Assembly: GCA_050011875.1 (NCBI GenBank) | Contig: JBEKIG010000011.1 | Coordinates: 1-64,000 of the forward strand | Length of the DNA stretch: 64,000 bases | From: Nitrososphaeria archaeon | GTDB taxonomy: Archaea; Thermoproteota; Nitrososphaeria; JACIWG01 | Direction of reading: 5' to 3' | Translations under genes and position numbers: made by a program | The notes under the pieces: model-generated | What the model was told of the DNA's origin: nothing | Seen by the model: only the letters and a program-made list of their open reading frames with translations | Database searches by the model: none | Shown: positions 29,583 through 39,548 of the stretch, piece after piece | How the letters are laid out: each line of letters starts with the position of its first letter | How positions within the stretch are numbered: position 1 is the stretch's first letter

Positions 29583-29706
29583 GTTTCTGCACCCCCTTCT
29601 CGAACGGTATAAGGATTGTGATCTGCGGCTGTGCTTTAGGTTAACCTAACCATTTGTTCCAACATTTGTAGAAATTCTGCCTTCAAGGGTCAATTTAAGC
29701 CTTATC

Positions 29707-29755
29707 CTACTCTAAAATTAGAATGACGCCAATTTCTACTATTCTAAAATTAGTA
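29707..29755. promoter_or_regulatory. Pair of near-palindromic boxes (CTAYTCTAAAATTAGWA) 32 bp apart, putative operators
   Basis: ctactctaaaattagaa (29707) and ctattctaaaattagta (29739) just upstream of the 29797 gene. Confidence 0.45.
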
Positions 29756-29796
29756 CTATATCTATGGCCTTCTCTACCTAAAGGTGTAGAAAATAT

Positions 29797-30456
29797 ATGT
29801 CGGAATATAGGAAGCAGATTGTTGCTGGATCTTTGATAGCTGTCATAGTAGCGTTAGTTCTTGCTGGTGGAGCGAGCTACCTTTTCCCACTACAGCCCAC
29901 ACAAGGAGCGATCCCATCCACTTCCAAATCAACCGAATTTACGACAACAGCTATGGCCGCCTCCACAAATTACACTGCATCTGGGATTCCAACGACGACA
30001 CCTGGAACTGCTACTGTACCATTTGGTACTACGTCTGTTACTGAGTCTTCGCCGACGACAATGATTACTACCTCTTCACCAATTGAGACTGTCACTCCGC
30101 CAGTTGGGACCACGATTACGTTCACTATGACTGAAACAGCGGCGACAGCGGCTATAACTATGGGTCATATCTTAACAACGACAACAACAGTAATAGAACA
30201 AATTGGAATAACAGATGCATACGCCATCAACGCAACTCAGATAACGGTAACTGCTATAAATTATGGATACGTAGATGAAACCTTAACAGACATATTAGTG
30301 AACGGAAACCCCTTATCAAGCGTTAACGGAGGTGTATCAAACCCAAGCCTGCCAATTATCATAGCACCGGGTGCCTCCCAAATTATCACCCTAAACTTCA
30401 GCTCACCACTGCAATCAGGAACGTATTTCATAACAATCAATAATAAGGCAGGCTGA
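29797..30456 (+). CDS. Membrane-anchored Thr-rich surface protein with pilin-like/Ig-like C-terminal domain
   Basis: N-terminal TM helix, long T/S linker; C-terminal domain visibly homologous to that of 24759-25241. Confidence 0.72.
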   Translation: MSEYRKQIVAGSLIAVIVALVLAGGASYLFPLQPTQGAIPSTSKSTEFTTTAMAASTNYTASGIPTTTPGTATVPFGTTSVTESSPTTMITTSSPIETVTPPVGTTITFTMTETAATAAITMGHILTTTTTVIEQIGITDAYAINATQITVTAINYGYVDETLTDILVNGNPLSSVNGGVSNPSLPIIIAPGASQIITLNFSSPLQSGTYFITINNKAG

Positions 30457-30486
30457 TTTAGACTGATAAATAGAAATATCGTAATC

Positions 30487-31272
30487 ATGTTGTTCACAGT
30501 GATTACGATAGTCTTAGGCGCATCCTTATCGTACTATGTCACAACCCTTGGGAAAAGTCAAACCGAAACAGAGATAGAAGTTAAGGCTTCAACATACATC
30601 TACATCTCGACTGACTCGTATAATGGGCTCAGGTCACCGAACATGGAAAAAATAGATTCAAGGATGTTCAACAACGGCACAGTCCTCATATTCTACAAGA
30701 ACCATGGAGGGAACGTCACCAGAATCTACACGTACAGTATCCCAAGAGCTAGGCTTGAGAATCTGACCAAGCTGGTCATATCCAACGGATTCTTCTCCTC
30801 CAAGGTTATGAGCACCTCGTGTACTGGAATCTATGATGCAGGTATCACGCAGATAAACGTCACCGTAGGCACCAATGAGAAGGCGATAACGCTGTCCGAG
30901 ACGATGGAGCAGTGTCTGCCACAGAACGTCAATCAGATAGTTAGAAATGTCTTCAACTTGGTATACGAAGCACAGATAAATGGTAGCGTCTACATAACGC
31001 CCGGAAAGGGCACTATCTTCGGTGAGATCAGGGACCAGGAGGGGAATCGAGTAGCTAACGTCAAGGTGCAGATAATCAATGGTACATCACCCTATCAACA
31101 GACTCAGAGGCTCACGGATAGTATGGGGCAGTTCTTCTGGTATGACGTAGAACCGGGAAACTACACCGTCGCTGTATTTGATGACCAGAATAATATGGTC
31201 CAGACAGGAAATGTCAAAGTAGTGGCATGGGAAACAGGTGTAATTACCTTCACTCTCGACGCCATCTCCTGA
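30487..31272 (+). CDS. Secreted protein with C-terminal carboxypeptidase-regulatory-like domain
   Basis: GTIFGEIRDQEGNRVANVKVQI...TDSMGQFFWYDVEPGNYTV; N-terminal TM helix. Confidence 0.72.
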   Translation: MLFTVITIVLGASLSYYVTTLGKSQTETEIEVKASTYIYISTDSYNGLRSPNMEKIDSRMFNNGTVLIFYKNHGGNVTRIYTYSIPRARLENLTKLVISNGFFSSKVMSTSCTGIYDAGITQINVTVGTNEKAITLSETMEQCLPQNVNQIVRNVFNLVYEAQINGSVYITPGKGTIFGEIRDQEGNRVANVKVQIINGTSPYQQTQRLTDSMGQFFWYDVEPGNYTVAVFDDQNNMVQTGNVKVVAWETGVITFTLDAIS

Positions 31273-31434
31273 TATAGTAGTGCTCGCAGTCTCTTAATGA
31301 TAGATGATTAATTCTATTAATAGTGAAATTTAATGAATTGTTTAAATATTTTTGATTTCCAAGCCGACGTGCAACAAAGTTAACAGAATCCATTAAGCAA
31401 AAGTCTCATTAACGAATTTTTCATTTAGTTGTTT

Positions 31435-31656
31435 ATGAAGAGGCTTACAAATGAAATTCAAAATGAATACTGCTTCACCTTAGGTCCATTCAACAACCCC
31501 AATCTTGAGGTTGAGGATGGAGAAACAGTAGTTGTCGATACCGAGGACGCCATCTGTGGCCAAATCAGAAAGATAGGAGACAAAAGAGACTACAAGAAGG
31601 CGCATTACACGAATCCTATGTCTGCCCCAATATACGGGAATTATGCTGTAGAATAG
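31435..31656 (+). pseudogene. N-terminal fragment of acetamidase/formamidase
   Basis: P.LEVEDGETVVVDTEDA..GQI...NPMSAPIY, then abrupt end. Confidence 0.7.
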
Positions 31657-31685
31657 AAACTAAATAATTTTTAGTAGTTAGTTTC

Positions 31686-32282
31686 TTATTGTGATTTGAT
31701 CTTCTGCAGTTCATTTAGCCTTGCTTTTATCGTTTGATAGAGAGTTTCCCTTAGCGGTTCTGCCTTTAAGTTTTTCTCTTTAAGCAGTTTGAGCTTTTTT
31801 GCAAGTTCAACATCGCCTAGAAATGTTATCCATGATTCTATGTGTCCTTGAGCAGTATGAAATTCGATCGATCTAATTTCGATTGACTGAAGTTTATCGC
31901 AGAAATCACTTAAGCTGTCTGAGCGTATCCCCAACGGCTGGTCTACTTCGGCGTAGAAAAAGAAAGCGTTCTCCAAAGGCAGCTGGCTAAGTATCTTTTC
32001 CGCCTTCATCTGGTCGATAATAGTGAACCCCAGCTTCTCTTTTCCTTTTGCGGTTATAGTGTAGTTTCCTCCTATCACAGAAACCAACTCTTCTTGTCTG
32101 AGGGCTTGAAGATGGTCCTTCAATGTAAGAGGTTGCATACCTGTTTTATCAGATATCTGTTTTGAATTAAGAGGGTATTTGCTCTCCCACACCGTTTCCA
32201 GAATTTTCTTTTTAACGTCGCTTAGGTCTGTCAATTTATCCAAATGCCTTAAAGATGTCGGTATATATATATATTCTGTCAA
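31686..32282 (-). CDS. Winged-HTH protein fused to a DUF5752 domain
   Basis: N-terminal wHTH (KILETVW...HLQALRQEELV...YTITAKG); C-terminal AFFFY...SLSDFCDKL..IEIRSIEFHTAQGHIESWI..LGDVELAKKL. Confidence 0.75.
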   Translation of the reverse strand: MTEYIYIPTSLRHLDKLTDLSDVKKKILETVWESKYPLNSKQISDKTGMQPLTLKDHLQALRQEELVSVIGGNYTITAKGKEKLGFTIIDQMKAEKILSQLPLENAFFFYAEVDQPLGIRSDSLSDFCDKLQSIEIRSIEFHTAQGHIESWITFLGDVELAKKLKLLKEKNLKAEPLRETLYQTIKARLNELQKIKSQ

Positions 32283-32360
32283 AATATTTCATGAGATGCG
32301 TTTCATTCGCTCTCAGATTAAGAAAATAATTTTACAAAAGATTTTATTACCGGACATATT

Positions 32361-33350
32361 ATGAGAGATACAATGGGATATCTAAGACTAGATGATTTAC
32401 ACGTCGCCCAAATCGGCACCGGGCGAGTTGGCCGCCCTACTGCCTACACTATTCTGTGTGCTGGGCTTGCGGGAACAATGACGGTGTGCGATACTAAGCC
32501 CGGGTTAGCATCTGCTTTTGCGGAGGAACTTAGGCACGTAGTTGTCAGCTTGGGGCTCGACGTTAATATAAACTCCTGCGAGAAGGATGAAGACGTTTAC
32601 GATGCGGATATCATACTGGTTTCAGCGGGTAAGCCGAGGGTTCCAGGAGTGAATATGGATAGGCGAGATCTTGCTAAAGAAAATGCGGAAGTAGTGAAGC
32701 AAGTTTCTGAAGCTACAGCTCCGAGAAATAGGAGAGCAAAATATGTCGTGATCACGAACCCGGTCGACTCAATGGCTATGATCTGCAAGAAATATTCTAA
32801 AGCTGATGTTGTAATAAGCACCGGAACATATCTAGAATCGCTGAGGTTTAGGTCTGAGCTTGCGAAGTCGCTCGAGGTTCCAGCTTCAAAGGTTCGAGGA
32901 TGGGTCGGAGGAGAACACGGCGATATGGCGGCTATTCTTTGGTCGACAGCGAAAGCCTTCGATTTCCCTGCTGAGGTTTACGCCACATCCAAAGGTAGGA
33001 CCGTCGACAAAAAAATTATAGAATCTAGGGTTAATGAAGTTTCAAGGTTCATAATAGACGAAATAGGTGGAACAGAATACGGGCCAGCAGCTTCGTTCAG
33101 GGACATAGTTAGAGCGATGATAAAAGATACACGTGAAATCTTCCCGATCGCAACACCTTTTAGATTTGAAGAACTGCCAGAACCAGTTTTTGTTAGCATA
33201 CCGACTTCTGTAGGATGGTCTATTGGAACTCCTCTCTACGAACCCCTATATTACGAAGAAAAGAAGAAGATAGCTGAAGCCGCTAGAGCAATTTATAGAA
33301 CCTACAAAGAAGCGGTTCTATCTTTAGAAGATGGGACTGCACGGAGTTAG
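32361..33350 (+). CDS. Lactate/malate dehydrogenase family protein (MDH-like)
   Basis: GTGRVG nucleotide-binding motif, AGKPRVPG..DRRDL, TNPVD, GEHGD. Confidence 0.85.
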   Translation: MRDTMGYLRLDDLHVAQIGTGRVGRPTAYTILCAGLAGTMTVCDTKPGLASAFAEELRHVVVSLGLDVNINSCEKDEDVYDADIILVSAGKPRVPGVNMDRRDLAKENAEVVKQVSEATAPRNRRAKYVVITNPVDSMAMICKKYSKADVVISTGTYLESLRFRSELAKSLEVPASKVRGWVGGEHGDMAAILWSTAKAFDFPAEVYATSKGRTVDKKIIESRVNEVSRFIIDEIGGTEYGPAASFRDIVRAMIKDTREIFPIATPFRFEELPEPVFVSIPTSVGWSIGTPLYEPLYYEEKKKIAEAARAIYRTYKEAVLSLEDGTARS

Positions 33351-33459
33351 AAGCAGGGTTCATGTTTAGAGTATAGTTATATCATATTAAAGACTGTGCA
33401 GGTGAACTTTTTTCTGAAAAAACTTAAGAAGCCCTAAGGTTTATCGTCGAGTAAAAGTA

Positions 33460-35019
33460 GTGCCTTGGAAATTGACTGACATAGTTTTCGTATTTGAAGT
33501 TCACCAGCCCATTAGGCTAAAGAAGAATTTTTTCTGGGATCACAATATGTTCCGACGCCTGAGCAAGAAAGAATTTTATGATTTCTATTTTGACAGAGCT
33601 TTAGATAGAGAGATTTTCGAAAGGGCTTGTAGAAAGTGTTACTTCCCATCAAACGCCATCTTACTCCAGCTCATCGACGAATTTAAGGGAGAAAAGAAAA
33701 AGGTTAAAGTTTCATTCAGCATATCCGGGCTCTTTATTGAACAGTGCGAAATGTATGCACCAGACCTGCTGGATTCGTTTAGACAGTTAAGCGAAACCAA
33801 ATGCGTCGAATTCCTAGACCAGACATATTACCACTCTCTATCCGGATTGTACCCGATCAGAGACGAATTCGTTGAAGAAGTTAAAATTCACAGACAAGCA
33901 ATGAAAGACCTTCTCAACTTTGAGCCTTTGACTTTCGAAAACACGGAACTCCTGTATAACAACGCGGTAGCAAAGGCCGTAGAAAAAATGGGCTACATAG
34001 GGATATTTACCGAAGGAGTTGAAAGAATTCTGAAGGGTAAGCTGCCCAACCACCTGTATAAGGCAAAAGGTTGTGAGAAGATTAAGGTCCTCTTAAGGAA
34101 CTACAAGCTTACGGATGACATAGGCTTCAGGTTTTCTAATAGGAGTTGGAGCGAGTGGCCGCTTACGGCCGACAAGTACGCTTCATGGCTCGCGGGGACT
34201 CCAGGACAGTACGTCAACATCTTCCCAGACTACGAGACTTTCGGAGAACATCATTGGCCCGAAACCGGGATACATGAATTTTTAAAGTATCTGCCAAAGG
34301 AAATACTCAAATGGGAAAACCTTCAGATGGCAACACCCTCAGAGGTTGTCAGCGAGTATGATACGTTAGGGGAGATCGACGTGCCCGAGCTTGGTGAGAC
34401 AGTCTCTTGGGCTGACCTTGAGAGGGACACAAGCGGTTGGCTTGGGAACACGATGCAATGGGCATACTATACTGAAACGAGAGAACTCGAGCCTATCGCG
34501 AAGGAATCGAAGGATAAGGAGTTTCTAAGAATCTGGAGATACCTGCTCGCAAGCGATCACCTATACTATATGTTCACGGCAGGTGGTGCACCAGGGGAAG
34601 TGCATAATTACTTCGCTCCCTACAACTCACCAGTGGACGCTTTCATAACTGCTCAAAGTGCCGCTTTAGACTTTGAATCCAGGTTGAAGCTGTATGTCAT
34701 CGCCGCAAACGAGCCATTCCTCTTTTATACAAGTTCAGGAGAGGAAAGTTTCACAGGAATCAAGGCCTGGAGCCTTATGGGGTTGATCGATGCCCTTGAG
34801 AAGGTTACCATTAAATCTTTGGAGTTTCACAATAGTAGAGGCGATTTCGAAGAGTGGGCTCGTTTATCTCTGCGGGATGAGGAGTTATCTGCTAAGTTCG
34901 AGAATGTTCGATCTTCAAAGGTTAAGGGAGAAAGCCTTAGAATCGACCTGTGTGAAGCTACGAAAACACATCTTAAGCAGGTGAAAAAGATGATTGACAT
35001 TGGAACCCGATACTTTTAG
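33460..35019 (+). CDS. Glycoside hydrolase family 57 (alpha-amylase-like) with C-terminal DUF5752 domain
   Basis: FEVHQP, QTYYHSL, FENTELLY (nucleophile), DYETFGEHH (acid/base), SWAD, SDHLYYM; C-terminal SLEFHNSRGDFEEW..LRDEEL. Confidence 0.92.
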   Translation: MPWKLTDIVFVFEVHQPIRLKKNFFWDHNMFRRLSKKEFYDFYFDRALDREIFERACRKCYFPSNAILLQLIDEFKGEKKKVKVSFSISGLFIEQCEMYAPDLLDSFRQLSETKCVEFLDQTYYHSLSGLYPIRDEFVEEVKIHRQAMKDLLNFEPLTFENTELLYNNAVAKAVEKMGYIGIFTEGVERILKGKLPNHLYKAKGCEKIKVLLRNYKLTDDIGFRFSNRSWSEWPLTADKYASWLAGTPGQYVNIFPDYETFGEHHWPETGIHEFLKYLPKEILKWENLQMATPSEVVSEYDTLGEIDVPELGETVSWADLERDTSGWLGNTMQWAYYTETRELEPIAKESKDKEFLRIWRYLLASDHLYYMFTAGGAPGEVHNYFAPYNSPVDAFITAQSAALDFESRLKLYVIAANEPFLFYTSSGEESFTGIKAWSLMGLIDALEKVTIKSLEFHNSRGDFEEWARLSLRDEELSAKFENVRSSKVKGESLRIDLCEATKTHLKQVKKMIDIGTRYF

Positions 35020-35070
35020 TGCGGAAAGTTAAAGATTTCAAGTAAAAAAGGGTAGGATACACCAACATCA

Positions 35071-35682
35071 CTATCGCGTTGAGACTACAACGGTTCCGGC
35101 ATATCTGTCACTAAATTTTTGTTTATAATCGGTTTGAGTAGCAAGTCCTATTACTACGTCCAATAATAGTAGGATCCAGTAAATTTTGCTTATGTTTCTT
35201 ATGAAAGCCTGACCTAATGTTGGCCTTTCACCATTCGACCTTGTCACTTTCAAGCCCATAATAGATTTTCCAAGTGTCGCACCCCATGTTATTTCTGAAA
35301 GGGGGAAGTACAGAATCAACCCTATGCCTACAATCAGCGGAAAAGAAAAGAAGTTAAACCAAGCTGAAAGGGTTGTAAAGAACTGTCCTGCCGCAATCTG
35401 GGAAATAAGATAGGGTATGAAAATGATTAATGCTGCTACTCCCACAATAATGGCTATTACAACCGCATCTATGACTAGGGCCACGAGTCTCCGTATCCAG
35501 TAGTTTTGCGCCTGCTGGTTTTTAACTATCGCATCAATGCCGCTGATCGGTGTATTTAGTGGTGGGGTTGAAGGAGGTGGGGTCGGAATAGCTGAAACCT
35601 TCCCAGGTACGGGGGCTCCACAGTTTGGACAGAATGTTGCTTCGTCCGGAATCAGTTTACCACATTTGGTGCAATAGGGCAT
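35071..35682 (-). CDS. RDD family membrane protein with N-terminal zinc ribbon
   Basis: CTKCG..FCPNCG; RRLVALVID; GATLGKSIMGLKV; DRYAGTVVV. Confidence 0.88.
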   Translation of the reverse strand: MPYCTKCGKLIPDEATFCPNCGAPVPGKVSAIPTPPPSTPPLNTPISGIDAIVKNQQAQNYWIRRLVALVIDAVVIAIIVGVAALIIFIPYLISQIAAGQFFTTLSAWFNFFSFPLIVGIGLILYFPLSEITWGATLGKSIMGLKVTRSNGERPTLGQAFIRNISKIYWILLLLDVVIGLATQTDYKQKFSDRYAGTVVVSTR

Positions 35683-35839
35683 AATTTCTCGCGTCCCCTA
35701 TTTAGCTATTACAACTTAAAGTTTACCTTTGAAGGCAGAGGTTTCACAATTCCACGAAAAACGAACCTTACAGGCAGCTACCAAAATATAGCAAACCTCT
35801 TAAGCGCTCTAATAAAAAGAATATTGGCTGATAACAACA

Positions 35840-36520
35840 TTGGAAATTGTAGAGGGAATTCACAATATACCTGGGTTAAGGGGAGCGAACGTATACTTAG
35901 TCATAGATGAAGAGACATTGACCGTTGTCGACACGGGCATGCCAGGAAATGAAAGTAAAATCATTGATTATATTAAAAGAATTGGAATGGATCCTTCACA
36001 GGTAAAGAACATAGTGTTGACCCATTCTGATATTGATCATTCAGGCAGTGCTGCAAAGTTGAAAGAAATGACTAACGCCAAGGTGATGATTCATGAAGCT
36101 GACGCGCCCAGACTTTCTGAGGAAAAGGAACTGAAGAAGGTAAAGGGCTTCTTTGGCGTAGTCATGAAAGTTGCCGGCATCATGATAAAGTTCACCCCTG
36201 TAAAACCAGACGTGACTCTTAAGAATTTAGATAAAGTGGGCAATATGACAGTATTACATACACCTGGTCACACTGAGGGCAGCATTTGTCTATACATAAC
36301 AGGTAAAGCTATTTTTGCAGGTGATTTGGTTAGGGTAAACAATAATAAGATGCTTGAGCTTCCTCCAAAGTTCGTTAACTTGGATATGGATATGCTAAAA
36401 GTTTCCCTCAAGAAGGTGTCTGAACTTGAATACTCTGTCCTGCTACCTGGTCACGGTCCCCCTTTAACCCAGAAGGCGTCAGATGTCGTTAAAGAATTCG
36501 TAGCAAGAGAAATCAAATGA
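35840..36520 (+). CDS. Metallo-beta-lactamase fold hydrolase
   Basis: THSDIDHSG, HTPGHT, FAGD, PGHG. Confidence 0.9.
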   Translation: MEIVEGIHNIPGLRGANVYLVIDEETLTVVDTGMPGNESKIIDYIKRIGMDPSQVKNIVLTHSDIDHSGSAAKLKEMTNAKVMIHEADAPRLSEEKELKKVKGFFGVVMKVAGIMIKFTPVKPDVTLKNLDKVGNMTVLHTPGHTEGSICLYITGKAIFAGDLVRVNNNKMLELPPKFVNLDMDMLKVSLKKVSELEYSVLLPGHGPPLTQKASDVVKEFVAREIK

Positions 36521-36629
36521 CTATATAAAGTTGAACACTAAAAAATTCCGGATGCACTTTAAATCGAACATACTTTGATAAAGCGCTATATTTAAGTTAT
36601 AAGTTAATTATATCACTGAGGGGTTAAAA

Positions 36630-37595
36630 TTGATATCGCTTGTTAGCTCGGTTTCGAACGCTAAGGGTTTGATGGCTGAAAGGTTAGAGGGTGTTGAGGT
36701 AACCCGTGGAACAACTTTGGTGAAGCGTGGTTTCGCTCACATGTTGAAGCACGGCGTCATTATGGATGTCACTAATGTGGAGCAGGCTCGGATAGCTGAG
36801 GATGCCGGAGCTGTTGCTGTGATGGTTCTGGACAAGCTCCCATACGATGTTAGGAAGGCTGGAGGCGTCGCCCGAACTGCCAGCATAGAAGTCATCCAGT
36901 CTATATTAGATCATGTTACAATTCCTGTTATGGCGAAATGCCGCATCGGACACACTTATGAGGCAAAGGTTTTAGAAGAATCGGGGGTTGACATGATCGA
37001 CGAATCCGAAGTTCTCACGCCGACCGATGAAAAGAGGCATATATGGAAGTGGGATTTCACCACACCGTTTGTTGATGGAGCTAGAAACCTCGGAGAAGCC
37101 TTGAGGAGGATTGAGGAGGGAGCCGCCATGATAAGGACCAAGGGTGAACCAGGCACCGGGAACGTTGCTGAAGCTGTTAAGCACATCCGTATCGTAAATG
37201 AAGAGATAAGGCGCGTTAGAGCCATCTACGAAGACGGGGACGAGCAGGAGCTAATCGGAATCGCTAGGGAGCTCGGCGTCTCATACGAGATAGTAGTAGA
37301 AACAGGAAGGTTGGGTAGACTACCTGTTGTGAACTTTGCAGCAGGAGGCATAGCGACATCGGCTGACGCTGCTCTTATGATGACTCTCAAGTGCGATGGA
37401 GTCTTCGTAGGCTCTGGCATCTTCAAGTCAGAAGATCCTGCCGAGAGAGCAAGAGCCATTGTTTTAGCCACAACCTTCTATAACGACCCCTCAATCGTGA
37501 CTGAGGCGCAGAAGATGATTGATGAGAGAAAGTCCATGCTGGGCTTCGACGTAGAGAACTTGGAACTGAAGATGCAGGAAAGGGGGACAGATTGA
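36630..37595 (+). CDS. pdxS: Pyridoxal 5'-phosphate synthase lyase subunit
   Basis: [60 protein letters not shown]. Confidence 0.96.
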   Translation: MISLVSSVSNAKGLMAERLEGVEVTRGTTLVKRGFAHMLKHGVIMDVTNVEQARIAEDAGAVAVMVLDKLPYDVRKAGGVARTASIEVIQSILDHVTIPVMAKCRIGHTYEAKVLEESGVDMIDESEVLTPTDEKRHIWKWDFTTPFVDGARNLGEALRRIEEGAAMIRTKGEPGTGNVAEAVKHIRIVNEEIRRVRAIYEDGDEQELIGIARELGVSYEIVVETGRLGRLPVVNFAAGGIATSADAALMMTLKCDGVFVGSGIFKSEDPAERARAIVLATTFYNDPSIVTEAQKMIDERKSMLGFDVENLELKMQERGTD

Positions 37596-38209
37596 AACAT
37601 TTAACCATAGGTGTCTTCGGCCTTCAGGGCGATATAGAGGAACATGTAGCTATAACGAAAATTACTCTAGACCAGATGAGATTGGACGGTGCAGTTATCT
37701 GGGCCAAGACCGAGAAAGACATAGAAAACTTAGATGGACTTATAATACCGGGCGGCGAAAGCACAGTTATAGGAAGATTAGCAGACTACAACAAAGCACT
37801 GAAAGCCGTTAAGGAAAGGATATACGCCGGCATGCCTGTGCTTGGAACATGCGCAGGCTTCATCATGCTTGCCAAAAAAACTTCTGACCGGGTAGTGGCT
37901 GACGTTAAGCAGCCAATTCTAGGCGTTATGGATGTAGTGGTTGAACGGAACGCCTTCGGCAGACAAAAGGAATCCTTTGAGGTTGACTTAGAGATTCCGG
38001 CTCTCGGTAAAAAAACGTTTAGAGGAATATTCATCAGATCCCCCGCAATACGGGAGACTGGACCAGAAGTTGAAACCCTATGCAAACTCAAAGAAACCAT
38101 AGTCGCCGCACAACAACACAACATCATAGGCATAGCCTTCCACCCCGAACTCACAAACGACACAAGACTCCACAAATACTTCATAAAAACCATTACAAAA
38201 ATCTCATAA
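37592..38209 (+). CDS. pdxT: Pyridoxal 5'-phosphate synthase glutaminase subunit
   Basis: [31 protein letters not shown]; overlaps the pdxS stop. Confidence 0.96.
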   Translation: MKHLTIGVFGLQGDIEEHVAITKITLDQMRLDGAVIWAKTEKDIENLDGLIIPGGESTVIGRLADYNKALKAVKERIYAGMPVLGTCAGFIMLAKKTSDRVVADVKQPILGVMDVVVERNAFGRQKESFEVDLEIPALGKKTFRGIFIRSPAIRETGPEVETLCKLKETIVAAQQHNIIGIAFHPELTNDTRLHKYFIKTITKIS

Positions 38210-38570
38210 CTATCTTTAGCCTAATGCCCTTCATTGGAGAAAAAGATAGGGCAAATAAAGAAAGATTCTTCGAGCAACTTAGAGGGAACGTTCCTAATAA
38301 AAAGTATAATGAATAACTATATGACTATGTAAATTAGAGAAAGGAACTCGAAGTAAGAGCATCCTAGATTTTCGAAACTACTATCATATTTTAAACACAG
38401 AATTTTTTTTCTTGTAGTCTCTTAAAGTGTCCAAGTTCTTTGTCTCTTAATATCTTCTGTTCTGGATATTAGTAGATACCTACATGTGTGTTTTAATTCT
38501 TTCTATTGAGTGATCACGAGATGTCTTATAATGAGATATTTTCTTTTAACCCTGTGCTCCTATCTTGAAT

Positions 38571-39467
38571 TTATTCTTTTTCTGCTTTCTTGGTTGCTTC
38601 CTTTGCCATATTTGCAAGGTCTTTGATTCCGTAGAGTCCATATACAGGCATACTGGTTGTTGTACCGTCTGTTGAACCGGCTGTTGAACTGGTTGTTGAA
38701 GCAGCTGTTGAAGCAGCTGTTGAACCGGCTATTGGCATATTAGCTGGCATCAGTATTATCGTATTCTTTCCCTGCAATCCAAGCTCATAGATTATGTTCA
38801 TCCACTTTAATTGGAAGGCTATATCTTGTCCCTTGTACAGGTTCGCGGCATCCACCATCTTCTGTGCCACTTCGTATTCCGCCATAGCCAATATCACTCT
38901 AGACCTCCTTTCCCTTTCAGCTTGAGCTTGTCTTGACATGGCATCCTGTAGAGCCTGCGGTAATCCGACGTCTCTAATTTCGACTGCAGTAACTTTTATT
39001 CCCCAAGCCTCCGTCTTCGAATCTATAATTCCTCTAGCGATAGCACCAACCTTTTCCCTTTCAGTTAGCAACTCATCGAATGAAGCCTGACCAATGACCT
39101 CTCTGAGTGTTGTCTGGGCGGCTAATTGCGTCGCATAATTAAAATCCTCTGCACCCAAAACGACCTTTTGTAGGTCAACAGGTTGGAAGTACATAACGGA
39201 GTCAACTACTACTGGCACGTTGTCCTTTGTCAAAGTCTGTTCAGTCTTAAACGAAACCACCTGTAGCCTGGTCGATATGACAAATGGTACCCTTGATATA
39301 AACGGTGGAACATATATTACACCAGGACCTTTGAGACCTCTGTATCGACCCAGTGTAAGAAGAGGAGCCCTCTCCCATTCTTTGAGTATCTTGATCCCGC
39401 TGAGAAATATTGCTATAACTATCAGAATTATTATTACTAGGATAGAAAGAGTAGCTACATCCATCAA
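38571..39467 (-). CDS. SPFH/stomatin-like (slipin) protein
   Basis: EWER..LLTLGR, LTKDNV, AQTTLR.VIG, WGIKV..VEIRDV, QAQAERERR; low-complexity S/T tail from 12-bp tandem units. Confidence 0.92.
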   Translation of the reverse strand: MMDVATLSILVIIILIVIAIFLSGIKILKEWERAPLLTLGRYRGLKGPGVIYVPPFISRVPFVISTRLQVVSFKTEQTLTKDNVPVVVDSVMYFQPVDLQKVVLGAEDFNYATQLAAQTTLREVIGQASFDELLTEREKVGAIARGIIDSKTEAWGIKVTAVEIRDVGLPQALQDAMSRQAQAERERRSRVILAMAEYEVAQKMVDAANLYKGQDIAFQLKWMNIIYELGLQGKNTIILMPANMPIAGSTAASTAASTTSSTAGSTDGTTTSMPVYGLYGIKDLANMAKEATKKAEKE

Positions 39468-39548
39468 CTTTCACCTTAAAAATGTGTAATTAGAACCTCC
39501 TATTAATCTTTTCTCTTCCAATCCGATGTTTACTGGATATCTAGTCGA

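Noticed and set aside
38668-38730. 12-bp tandem repeats
   Set aside because: In-frame low-complexity S/T/A tail of the SPFH protein; not an independent element
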